A stretch of 64,000 nucleotides of DNA from Leptogorgia sarmentosa (taxonomy: Eukaryota): assembly GCA_964658305.1 (NCBI GenBank), contig OZ210884.1:6262001-6326000 (forward strand). The letters run 5' to 3'. The position numbers and the translations under genes were made by a program. Each line of letters opens with the position of its first letter. Within the stretch, counting starts at the first letter, position 1. Under the pieces are notes generated by a model. It had not been told where the DNA came from, searched no databases, and was given only the letters and a program-made list of their open reading frames with translations. Positions 14,102 to 26,654 of the stretch are shown here, one piece after another.

Positions 14102-17100
14102 CTACATGTATAAAGTAAATACAAGTTTAAAGTTAAGTGTGAGAAATGATCGATGCTGCAATCGCATACTTGCATTTCAAACATGAACATGTTGATCTCG
14201 TACGTTGATGTCGTATCTCGCGCTCAAAACTCAAATTCGTCGAAATACAAATTTCAAATTTTGAGGTTTCTTAGTCGGCAGACTCACTTCAAAAGCTGGA
14301 CGGATTCATAGTTAATGATATAAAGCGAAAATAAAAAGATTTTGAGGGTACGCCAAAGAGAAAACTACGTTTGAAATGTTGCATTTATTGTTGAAACCAA
14401 GGTTTCATTCGTGTTACGCTGGTTATACGAACTTTGCTGCTCATAATTTTTATATTCTCTTTAGTTTCTCAATTTCCACACATACTTTCAAAGATAGTAA
14501 ACAGTTTTGTTGAGACAATAATCATGGAATAATTTGATTTTGAGAGGAACGTCAAAAAGATTTCGGGTTTTGAACACATTTCGTCCGAAATACGCGACAT
14601 GGAAAAAATTGTCCTTTAACCTCTAGTCACGCAGGGGATGCTGGACGTTGCTAATTCAGAGCCTCAGTGCAGACAAATTACCTCATCAAACAACCAGGTC
14701 TATAGCTACATTGCCTGTTTTTATCTGTTTTTTTAACAGAGTCAGAACAAATTGCAATCCAACAAGCCATGTAATAAATGCCTTATTGATCTCGTTTCAT
14801 AACGAGAATAATTAATAATGAAGTTAACAAGTCCTTGATACATTTAAAGTGCCGAGAATAACTATCGTTTCATTCAAAGTAATACTACTTTGCCGTTCCA
14901 ATTTCACAGGCACGATCTACATGTATATAATAAATACCAGTTTGAAGTTAAGTCTGAGAAATTGTGCATCCTATCTTTATACTGGCAGATGAGAGTGCAA
15001 TTCAACAAAGGTTGCATATAACAATCGTAAATTTCAATGATAAAGCCGAAATCATGCATGTAAATTGATTTCATTACTTTTCAGTGTTATTAAATTGCAT
15101 GGACTGTACCTTGGAAGCATTAACTTTTGCCACAGAATGAAACGTATACCTAAAACGAATCTAAAATAATCGAGATATCGACGTCATTATATAAAGTACA
15201 TTATATACTTAATTTGTGTTCAGTGTTATTTATCACACCGACTATATATTTACGAATGATTTGTAAAAGCCAGTTAAAATAGTCAAGATATCAAGTTAGG
15301 TACAAAGGTGCTTATGCAACGAAATATTTTGCCAAGCTCTCTCCATGCATGCATGTCACCAGAAATTACCCCTCTAGCTTTACTCGCAATCATTTCATCA
15401 CGAGATACATGTAGATGTGAATTTACATTAATCGGATGTAGAAGAAAATTGTAATGTTACCTCTTGTATAGTTAAGACGAAAGTAAGTATACCGCTAATA
15501 GATAAGATCAAACAAAAAAGTAGAGTTTGCCTCTTTTTATTTTTCTATATAAAAAACAACAAAATCCGTTGTAGCTTCTATTCATTCGTACTTATATTAA
15601 AATAAAGAATGATTATAGGTGAAATTGTTGGACGATTGGAGGATAGCTATATATAAAGGTTGAGTATGGTAAAATGTTGTCCATCTTTAAATTTTGCACC
15701 ACTATATGTAGTGCAGGCCCGTAGCTGAGGGCGGGGGAGGGGGCTGGAGGGGGCAGTGCCCCCACTCGGAAATAAAATTGAAATTGTGTCCCCGTATTCC
15801 ACAATCTTTTTGCCGTTTAAAAATTAGACAGCGAGGCTGTCTTGTCCATGAAAGAATAGTAATCGAAGGCGTAGCGTAATTATTTTGGTGTAATAGCCAT
15901 ATTAAATAGCCACAAATAGTGCGGTATTATGTAGTTTTGTTTTGTATTTCTCTCGACCATGGACTTTTACGAATAGTCATTGGTTGAAGAGCCAACTAAA
16001 ATTATGAACTTGTATAATATTCCTTTACGAAGGTCAAAAGCGTACCAAATCTTTTTAAAAATTTTTCCTGCAGTGCCCCTCCCCCCCAGAAATTTTTTTT
16101 CATTTTTTAGAAGTTTTTAAAAAGGCATATCTAGAGAAACCTACCGCTTGGATATATCTTCCAAATCCAGCCACAAGTAATATGGTACCAATAATTAAAT
16201 TCTGAGAAATGTGTGGAGAAATGTTGAGTGTTTAGAATAAGTACGTAGCTAATAATACGTATATACGTACGTACACGTACGTAAAAAAAACGCGTAACTG
16301 GAAAACAGCCTTTAGAGGCTGAACGAGGCTTCAATTCGTCTGAACGACAAACTATCCTTCTCCAGTACAACCACCGCCAATGTCTATCAATAGCTTGTTT
16401 GCAATCACGTGACTTTTTGCCCAGATGACGGGCAATTGAACAATTTGTACACGATTTTTCTCAGAACTGAATGGTTACAGCGAGATAAACTGAACAGTAA
16501 CACAGTGGATGATCTTTCCAATGGATCGATTTTCGCAATACTTGCCCGTCAACTGAAATTCCAAATTTACGCCATTGCAAACAACCTATTAGAAGATTTG
16601 GAGAAAGAGGAAATCAGTCGGCAGAACGCCAAAATATGAATATGCACCCCCCCCCCCCCCCCCCCGTTATCCGTTCAGGATAACACGATTCTCTTAACAT
16701 GATACAAACACGACATAAAGCGGTTTTTCAGCCCTTTTCGCTCATATTTGTAGACAGAATTATTAATTATATAATAGTTGTTCCCAAAGTTAAAGTCTCC
16801 ATAGTAAAAACGATGAAAAAACGAACTTTGTTCGCCAGTTTATACACACTGGAGTGGAATCTTATACATAAATCGTGCAATTGTACTTGTTTCTCCGAGC
16901 AGAATCGGCAAATGACATTTTGATGCAGGTATATCATAATTCAAGAGGATGGGAAATCTAGATTCCGGCAACCTTTGAGTACACATTTCATCGGAATTGC
17001 TGGTTTATCCTTCTTTGGCCGAGCAGCACTACCGCGCTGCATTTATGCCAAAAATATTTCCCTGTAAATGTTTATAGAATTGCAGACACAGTTTATACAA

Positions 17101-17670
17101 GCTCGAAATGTAGCACAGCTACCAAATATTCAATTCACCGCATTTTAGAACCATATCCCGCGGTGATTGATTCATAATTCTCCTCGTCTACGGTCTACCT
17201 CATCTATTTTTCGTCAATGAAACTATACTGTTGACGGTAGGAATTGTATTCTTTCAAACATATATGATACGAAGCCCAAAGCTATATTTCGAATCTCAGA
17301 AATTTCCTAGAAACGACGATGGCGCCGGATGCTTACCACTGTGGTATTTCTTCCAAATCCAGCCACAAGAAGTAGGATGCCAGGGATCAAAGTCAAAACC
17401 TAACAAATGTAGTGAAAATATTGAGTTCGATAAAATTATCCACAGCTTTTTATCCCCGTAAACGCGGTACTGGATATGCTTTAGTGAGTTTAGTAGGTTT
17501 TATCATTATTACCAAGTAGAAGACTGTTCTCTGAATCAAATGATTGGCGAATCGAACAAAAAAATCCTTCATGATTTTACAACAATCCCAATACTTCTAC
17601 TGTAAAAACGGCCTGTTTCAGACGTCGATTACGGAAGTTTAGCCCTATATACTTCTACTGTAAAAACTAA

Positions 17671-17791
17671 GGCCTGTTTCAGACGTCGAACTTTAGCCGC
17701 GTCGAATGCGATAACTTGCCTCATTATCAGCTCATTATCCTTTGTCTGAATTGCATTCGACGCGACTAAAGTTCGACGTTTGAAACAGGCC
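17671..17791. mobile_element. Tourist/PIF-Harbinger-like MITE
   Basis: About 40-bp TIRs (GGCCTGTTTCAGACGTCGAACTTTAG.../...CTAAAGTTCGACGTTTGAAACAGGCC) flanked by a TAA target-site duplication. Confidence 0.85.
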
Positions 17792-18387
17792 TAAGTTTTA
17801 TATACCATATTTAGAACCGATTACAATTCATTAAAATATTACGTAACCTTAATTTCAAAGTCCGGATTGTTCTCAATCTTTCTTAATTCTATAGGTAGGT
17901 CGTTATAAATCTTAGCTCTCATAATATAGAATGATTTACGAGCATATATAGTCAGTTTTAATCGTTTTAATCGGTAGTTTTATCATATTCTTATTGTTTC
18001 TCGTTTCTCTGCCATGTGGCTTCACTGTGAAGTAAGTTTTAAAAATATCGCAAATGTCATTATCAGTGCATTTGCGCACTCCAGTTTGTATGCTCTTAAT
18101 TTGTTGGCATTTACAGCAGATATAAGATGTTGTTCACCCGCCTGTTCCCCTTTGAACACAGTAGACACAGAACGGTCGTGGAATGATGGAAGCAGAGCGG
18201 CGTTCGCCCTAGGTTTAATTGCAGTACGCCACATTACGTCAGCCAAATGAAATTCAAATGAAATTCAATCTATTAGACTGACCTATTTTTCAAACTGTTG
18301 AAATATTGAAATTTTCAATCTTTTTGAATTAAGAGAGTATCCTAACGAAGCAGGGAATAACAGAATTTCTGGTCAAAGGATACAGGC

Positions 18388-18630
18388 ACAGAGTATCATA
18401 CAGAGGTGTAACTCAATAAATTTAATCTAATTAAAGTAACATTTTCATGTACCCACTTTTTTTTCAATGCGATCGGCAAAAAATGATCAATTGCGCACGC
18501 TTGGCAAGTTTAAATTTAGTCGTCGTCAGGTCGTCATCCAATCAGGTACACGCATCTAGTAACTTGCCGAGCATGCGCACAAAAATAGTGGGTACAACCG
18601 TTACACCTCTGTATGAGTAACTACTCTGTG
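18388..18630. mobile_element. MITE-like element with inverted termini
   Basis: CACAGAGTA..CATACAGAGGTGTAAC ... GTTACACCTCTGTATG..TACTCTGTG. Confidence 0.65.
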
Positions 18631-20019
18631 ATACAGGTATAGTCTGAAAACTCGGTAAACTCCAAAGTGTCCATGATTATGTTTATTATATGCTCATAAT
18701 GTTTGTTTTGTTGGGTTGCGTTGTTTTATATAAAATTCAGTGTCGGCTTTGAGGACAGTAATACACCATAAAGAGACTAGAAATCTAGTCTCGCTTTTCT
18801 AGGGCAATAATTTCAATTTTGTTATCGTTCCACGTTCATTCTCTCGGTGGCGTATCAATGGCGCGCCTTTCTCGATAATTGAAAAGGCATGTTCATGTGT
18901 TCGTTTTCACGCATGGTAAAAACAATCGATTTCAGAAGAAATTAATAATGCAGAACATGAATATATGAAATGATATTATACACCTTCCACTTATCCTGCT
19001 GAGTACGCCACTGTATTCTCTGCTTTTCTTGTTATTGAAATTTGACCGCGCAAAAACTTCTCGGAAGCTTTGCTATTTTTGTCTGCTTTGATATCTGTCA
19101 TTTGAGATCGCATTTCAACACAAACAATATACATATATCTCGTGTTGTATATATATATTTATTATATAGACAAGCACTGTATATGAGATATTCTGTAATC
19201 TGATTGGCTGAGCTACTCACTAGCTATTACTTCATATATAGTGAGTAGGACGAATTAATTATCTCACTCAGTGAGCTTAAAACAAAATGGCTGAAAATGG
19301 CTGAGCGTTTCCCTCAAATGAATGATTTTAATAAATTTTATAATGTCCGCCTTTTGTCTATATAATAAAACAATTATACCATTCGCTCTCGTCGTATATG
19401 GCTGATAGCCAACTCGGCTGCGCCTCGTCGGCTATCAGCTCATATACGACTCGAGCTCATGGTATAATTGTTAAATATATATATATGATCGTTTCACCCG
19501 CGCGAGTAACGCAACGAAATAATTTGACCCGTTGCAAAGGCGTTGCGTTGCCGGCGCGAGAAAAAAATCGCACGTGTAACTACAATCCTGGACAAAATAT
19601 TTGGCAAAACTGAAATTTCCGCCCCCTTCCCCCAAATATCAATGTTGTTTGCGTCAATGCAAAGGTTTCGCCGTGATATTTCAACCGAAAATGACAACAT
19701 TGATATAGGGGGAGGGATGAGTGCTACTATGAGTTCATTAAAATTAGTAAACGCACATATACCAAGGAAAAAAGGTATTAAAAAACATTATGAAGTAGGA
19801 ATTGCCAAACTATTTTGTCCAAGATTGTAGACCTTTAGCAATACAGCAACACCTATGCGGAAGTAAAGTGATAAACGGTAAAACTAATGAGGATATATTG
19901 AAACAATACAAGGTCATACATAAAGTACAGTAGACATTACAATGTTGCTACCACAACCTAATTCTCTAATCATAAAATCAGTTCTTCTTTATAACGTGAA
20001 CCGTTACATTATCCATTAA

Positions 20020-20565
20020 ATTATCCTCAAGTCGAATTGAATTAAAGTCAGAATTAAATTATCGAAGAGGAATAATTCAATTAGAAATTGGTATTAATTA
20101 CTATTCAAATTAAAATTGTTATATACCATATTACATATATATCTATATACACTCGAATTATCAAATTCCGAAATATTATTAAAATTAAAGTTGAATAATA
20201 TAATTAGTACAGAACGAGGTCGAAATTAATTCTTAAAGTCGAGGTCGTAATATTAAAATCGAAACCAAATCATTATAATCGAAGTGGAATCATAATCATG
20301 AAAATGAAAGTAATTGATTATGGAATATATATATATAATAAGAATATAAATAAACTTGAAGTTGGAATTACTAAAATCAATTAGCCAAATTATTAAAATC
20401 GCTGTTCGATTATTAAAATTAAATTGAAACGAATTATTAAGAATCGAATGGTTAAAATTAAATCATTAAAATCGAAGTCAAAATTAAATATTACACTCGT
20501 CGAATTATTAAAATCGAAGTAAAATTATTTATGATCGAAGTAAATTATAAAAATCAAAATTGAAA
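20020..20565. repeat. Degenerate AT-rich repeat region (ATTATTAAAATCGAAGT-like units)
   Basis: Recurrent short motif visible by eye. Confidence 0.6.
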
Positions 20566-20671
20566 TGGCATGCATATTTCCTTGCATATTTCCAGTTTTA
20601 ACGACGAATCTCCGAAATCTGGAGGGTGTCACACCCCCAACCTCCCCCCCCCCCTCCGTTACGCCCCCTGA

Positions 20672-23600
20672 TTACACCATCTCAATGTCAACAATTTCGG
20701 CGGGTCTTGGTTGCTCGCGAGCCGCTGTGATTCGAGCCAATCCTCTCTTCACCAATCTCACGCACTGTTGTTCTGTCACATGGTCCAAATCAGTAATTTC
20801 AATATTCCCCCAGTCGGCGGGTTGTTGTTCATTTTCAATTTCCAATACCTGCCGTAATACGTGATTTGCCTCCGCTAATGTACGCATAGATGATATTGCT
20901 GTCGCTAGTTCCGTGATTGGCTCCATTTCTCTGCCACCAATATACCTGATACGTCTTGTCCGGTTGTTGTTTGATTGCATCATTCGGTAGAGACTTATGG
21001 GAAGAGGATCGTCGGAAATTAACTGAACATGATCTTCCACATGACCCATCAGATTTTCGTTCTCAACTTCTTCACAGGTGAGAAGGACAATTACCTGGAT
21101 AAAAAAAAATAGACAGCTCAACTCCTGTGAAGATTTTATTTTGTTTGGTAGAGCTACGATAATCGGATTTCACCCAGTAATGGGTAAAATGCTGGCCCAC
21201 CCAGCTTAACGACAAGTGATGCAAGGTTGCAATTACCTGTGAAAGAAATCTAGCACGGGGAAGACGAATATACTGGCCACCAGTAATAAGACTGAGTCCC
21301 ATAAAGAAATCTTTATATAACCAAAGTGATGAAGCAGGCGATGCCTCATGTCGTGGCTCATGTCGTGGCTCATGTTGTGGCTCATGTTGTGGCTCATGTT
21401 GTGGCTCATGTCGTGGCTCATGTCGTGGCTCATGTTGTGGCTCATGTCGTGGCTCATGTTGTGGCTCATGTTGTGGCTCATGTTGTGGCTCATGTTGTGG
21501 CTCATGTCGTGGGTCTGGCCCATATCGTCGCTTAGGTTGTTCACATCCAACACAATACAAAATAATGCCCTTTGCTGCCATGTCATGACATATTTTAACT
21601 GGATCGTATCTTGCAGGGCATCCGTCAGGAAAATGGTCATCGAGGTAATACAGGCCATGTGGTCGAGCATCTCCTGAAGAAATTAAGCAAAAAAAATAAT
21701 TTAGGCAGTGCTCAGTTTAACTCTGATTTAATATTTAGTTTCAGACTTTCAGTTACCGACAGAATCATTTATATTTAACCCCTTTTGAAATATATAAACC
21801 TACCAATCCAGACACATATCTTTGTTGCTCGTGGTCTGTAATCGGTGAGATTGAGGGCTTCATATAGACCATCAGCCACTGCGTCTGGGTCATCACCACC
21901 ACCAGCCGCACTCATTGCTCTAACATATCCTGAAAACAGTAATGCAGAATTGTTTGATTTAGATGTATGCAATTAACTAATCAAAATACATAGTTCAACT
22001 ACAATAAGTCTGTTCAGAGTTGTCCTTGTTTACTATATCATTATGGTATCATTCACAGTAACAGTGCCCAATAAGAATTAACCACTATTTAGCAGGCAAG
22101 TGGTCCTGGTCACCACAGGAAATGGTATTCCTACTGAATGAAGTAGTAAAAGTTGGAATATAAAAAATTGCAAAAAAGATGAATTATTCAATCAATGTAA
22201 AATTAGAACAATTACAACATAATACAATTAGTGGGTTTCATCAAGCATTTTGAAGCAAAACCCTTTATGTCATGGGGTTTGTAAGAAAGTTAGATAGATA
22301 GTAATAATATGACGTAGGGCGATAGGTTCCGGCTCCAGTATTTGGGCGCTTTCTCGATACATGAGCAACCGAAATATAAATAGAGTAAATAACCTTAATA
22401 ACAGAAACATTTTTGCCATATGATTTCATAAAGTTTAAATCCTCTGGTGTCTTCCTTGAGGGCCGGTGTCACAGTAGAGTTGGCCCCCTTTAGCGGATTT
22501 GGTCCCCCGTATATTTATATCAACATATAACAATGTTGAAAATATTGTTCTGTACAGATTAGCTATGTATCAGAAACTACAAATTTACAATATTGATAAG
22601 GTACTAAATAGAAACGTTATGAGTAACTATGACTTATGATTCGGAAGGATTCATGGAATCTTGCAAATTTACATTCAGTGAAAAGTTGGTCAAAATTGAT
22701 TTTTTCTTGGATAAATTGGGGAATTTAAGGCAGGTTAAAACATGAAAAATTGGTCAAATTTGGTCAAGAAATAGTATATCTTAAGTCTTAAAACTTTTAA
22801 ATGATGGTAAATATTAAGCGCACCACATATGTGGTCTTCATGAATCATCGGTAGATTTAATTTGCTGAAGAATGTTACGAGGTTGCGAGAAATGTGGTGA
22901 CGAATTTCGTGATGAATGTTGCAGTGAGCTCCATATATATCTGGAGTAGGAACTTGGTTGCCCAAAGTGAAACAAAAAAAATCAAAGATGGCGTAAATTG
23001 AAGCACAGACGACCCAAGCTCGTGCTGATTTATGATACAGTTTCTGGGTTTATTAATATTTGTGTAATAATATGTTTACGAAAATATTTGTGTAAATTTA
23101 TCCTTCGGATGGGTAATTGTCAGAAATAAAAACTTACTATACATTAGTGACGTCTTTTGGTGTGTAATTTGTGTTTCTAAAAGTGGTGATGATGCGCTGG
23201 AGTCTGGCAACCCTGATATCACAGAATGTTCAATGTTCCATGACATTGTGTTTGTTAGTACTTCTTACAGTTACAGTATATATATTTACAACATCAACAA
23301 CACTTTTCGTCTAAAGCCCAGAGTTAGGCACATTTTGACAATATCTTTGGTTTGTACGTGTTCTATAATTCTATTATTAAATCGAAGTGAAGGAGTGCAA
23401 ATTAGTTCCAAGTACACATCAAGTAGTAGCCAAACACATGTTAAAAGAATGAAAATGAGAAAATTAGGGCTGGGTAGATTAACAAGTAAAAATTGTTGAG
23501 AAAGGCACCTTCGATGTGTAAAAACCTACAACTCAGGCTATTATAATGATATAGTTTTCAAATTTCAATAGACCAATGTGAAGTACGCGCAACATTCAGC

Positions 23601-24700
23601 ACGACATTCGGCACAGATTCAGCACAAGATTCAAAGACCCAGCAACAATGTCATGATGACAGAATTATGGGCATAGGCGTACGGGCCCTATCTTGTTTGG
23701 GGGGGCACATTATTGTTTGCCCGACAGGATCTGTGGAACGACATTTGAAGTGGGGGGGGGGGAGGCTGACAGAGAAAGGGGGGCGAAGCTCACGAGGCGC
23801 CACCATGGTTGGCGCCGAGCGAGAAAATTTTGGGTCTCTAGATTGTCAGAAATGGCATTTTCAAGGTGTCATATTATACCTCTTTCGTTATGTAATACAT
23901 ATTCGATCTGAAATACTTGAGCTTTGGAATTAGAATACTTCGTATAGGATGTTTTAGAGGATAATGATTTTCATCGTATTGTTGATGTAATTATATTGTC
24001 TAATAAAGTTAATATTCTATCAACTGTGATGGAGTAATGTTTGCCCGAACGATTCGAGCTCAATTGCCCGACCGTGAACGGTTTGGGGGGGGGCACAGGC
24101 CCCCCCGTGCCCCCCCGGCTCATACGCCCATGATTATGGGGTTGGATAAAAAGTGTTTTTTTCGGGGGGAAAGTCGTTCATTTACGATATATTTTGAGCA
24201 GAAAGTGTAAAGAATGACTCGTAATTATTTAATTGTGTTCCTTGTCTCTATATGTTTTTTATAATGAGAAAACGAATAAAATATATAATGTACTTCTGGA
24301 TGATTGAAACATGCGAGCTCACATTTTTTAGCGGATTTGAATCTGTGCTGAATCTGGTGCCGAATGTTGTGCGTACTTCACATTGGTTTTCAATAGGTAT
24401 GTTCATATAAATTAAAAACAACAGAATACACACACCTTTAATTGTAGTGACATCACTTGTAAAGGGATGACATTGACTGACAAAAGTTGTGTCTTCAGGA
24501 GGATGATCTCTGTACTGTATCAATGCAAACTGTGCATCATATGCTGTTTTTGAAATTTCCGTAACGATGCTTTCAATGTTTCTCTTGGCCACATTGATGT
24601 ATCTTTCCATAGACCACGTACAATCAACAATAAATACTAAATCGAGTTTTTGTGAGGCATGAAAAGCAAACCAATTATCAGTATCACGTGGTGAAGACAT
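20672..24700 (-). CDS. vWA-domain protein, paralogue A (4 exons)
   Basis: Exons 24700-24436, 21929-21804, 21673-21237, 21094-20672 splice in frame. Motifs DLVFIVDCTWSM (MIDAS), QYRDHPP, GGGDDPDAVADGL, KICVWIGDARPHG, FFMGLSLITGGQY resemble the vWA type seen in alpha-kinase vwkA-like proteins; no kinase domain. Confidence 0.85.
21347..21512 (-). repeat. 12-bp coding minisatellite encoding (HEPQ/HEPR)n
   Basis: About 13-14 copies of CATG(T/C)TGTGGCT-type unit inside exon 3 of vWA paralogue A. Confidence 0.95.
23672..24132. mobile_element. hAT-like MITE
   Basis: Ends CATAGGCGTA...TACGCCCATG; 8-bp TSD ATTATGGG at 23664-23671 and 24133-24140. Confidence 0.9.
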
Positions 24701-26654
24701 TGCGTTCACTGAGATATAGTATTTCTTTAGCTCAGTGATTGCGTTCTGTTAAATCTTCTATTTCGAGCCAGTCATTCACCACCGTTGTAAAGTGTAAACT
24801 GTATTTCTGCAAAAAAATATCTGCAGAAATGCCTCAACGGAAGTAGCTCGCAGAATGCACTTCCAGCTGTGTATCCAGAATCCATTTCTGAGTCAAAAAC
24901 AGCCAAACCTGGGACAAAAAGAAGCCAAAAAAAGCCAAACTGTAATTCGGAGCAGGGGACTGGGCCGAGACATTTATTATTTACTAGGACGTCACCACGT
25001 CACTGCTGACGTTTCAAAATCTTTTTTAAAACTTGCAGTAGAACAAGAGTAAGGAAAATTATTGCAAAAATCAAAATATTAAATACCATTTGAATCAAAA
25101 TATATTTGTCTCATTTACAGAAAAGATAATCAACACATGTTAAATGTTAAATGTCAATATCAACAATATAATTTCGTACACTTTCAAAAATTCTAAAATA
25201 ACGATTGGTTGAAAAAATGTTGGACTTCTGCGAAGATATGATAATTGATCCAACGAAATGTTGCAACTTGCAAGTATGTCATAATTGATCCTACAAATTA
25301 CTCATTCCAATTTCCAAGCTGTTTATTATTTCATTCTATTATAGCAATAATTGAATTTTTAAAAAAAAGCCAAAAATCTCGCATTTTTAAAAAAAGCCAA
25401 AAAAAGCCAAATTCTGAAAAAAAGCCAAAGGCCTTTTTTCCCAGCCAAACGCCTCCAAAAGAAGCCAAAAACGCAAAATTTGGCTTAAAAAAAGCCAAGA
25501 TGGCAACCCTGGTATATTGTTGTGGATACGAAACCGATCAGGAAATTGCCCCCCCCCCCCTCCCGCGCGCCGGCCCAAAAACTTCCAAATTTCGCACACG
25601 TTTTGGCTTTCCCACGAGGAGATATGGTCAGTGATATGGTGCTGTCACGAATAGTCTGTTCTATGCTGGTTAATAAAGTTCGGACAGTTGCAATTCAAAA
25701 TGAGATTTAATTTTGACAAATGAGATTTAATTTTGGCTAGTGCCATACTACAGACACACAACTAACATAATATTACAATATGATTCGTAATCGTTGGGGT
25801 TTTTTTTTACTGCAATTGAAATATCCTTTTTAGGATAATTAATTATGTTTTTTCTGCCTATTTTTCAACCACATATTAATGTCATTATTACTGTAGCATG
25901 GCAGAACTACTGGAAGCTGATTAACTAAGAGGAGTACAATCACTTTCTGAACATCATTGTGGTCACTTTTCTTGACAACGCTCGAGAAATGTGCGATTGA
26001 AAAATAATTACACAGGTGTTTAATTAATTTTATTAATCACACGGTTCCTGGCCTACGATTGATTTAAAAACAACTGAAAAACGCTAAAATTATTCATTCT
26101 CATCATTTTTTATCACCTTCAACAAGGTACTGAAAGTTTACTGAATGTTCGCAACAATGATCATATGAAACTACATTAAAGCATTGATATAACATTGCAC
26201 TTGCATTTCGCGAAATACCGCGTGTATTTCGTAAATTCTACTTGCCTAGCTATACTCATTTAAACATTTCTTATACACTTATACGACTGACAAGTGCTCA
26301 TAGGGACGTTAGAAAAAAAATTCCTGTTTTAAAATACAGGCACAGTGCTCAATACAAGTACAACCTTACAACGAAGTACAACGAAGCGTTTGCCATGCAA
26401 ACGGCCCGTTTAAGTGGGATTTCACTCGACTTAAACGGGGCGCCCGGTCAAATGGGATGAAATATGTCCATGGAAAGTCATCAGCCCGGGTAGCATTGGC
26501 AAATTACTTCGTTTCGCATGACATGGCCGACTATTATAGAATGAGCAATACAACGACAAAATCACATCGCTCAAAAGGGGATTGTGTACCCATCATAAGA
26601 TCTTAAAAACACTAAAAGAGAAGTGCTAGCAAAGAGTGATTGTAAAATATTACA

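Noticed and set aside
18014..18250. Overlapping 74-78 aa ORFs
   Set aside because: No recognisable motif or exon structure.
21233..21677. (HNMS)n, (VVAH)n and (WLML)n ORFs
   Set aside because: Alternative frames of the 12-bp repeat; only the HEPQ frame is continuous with vWA homology.
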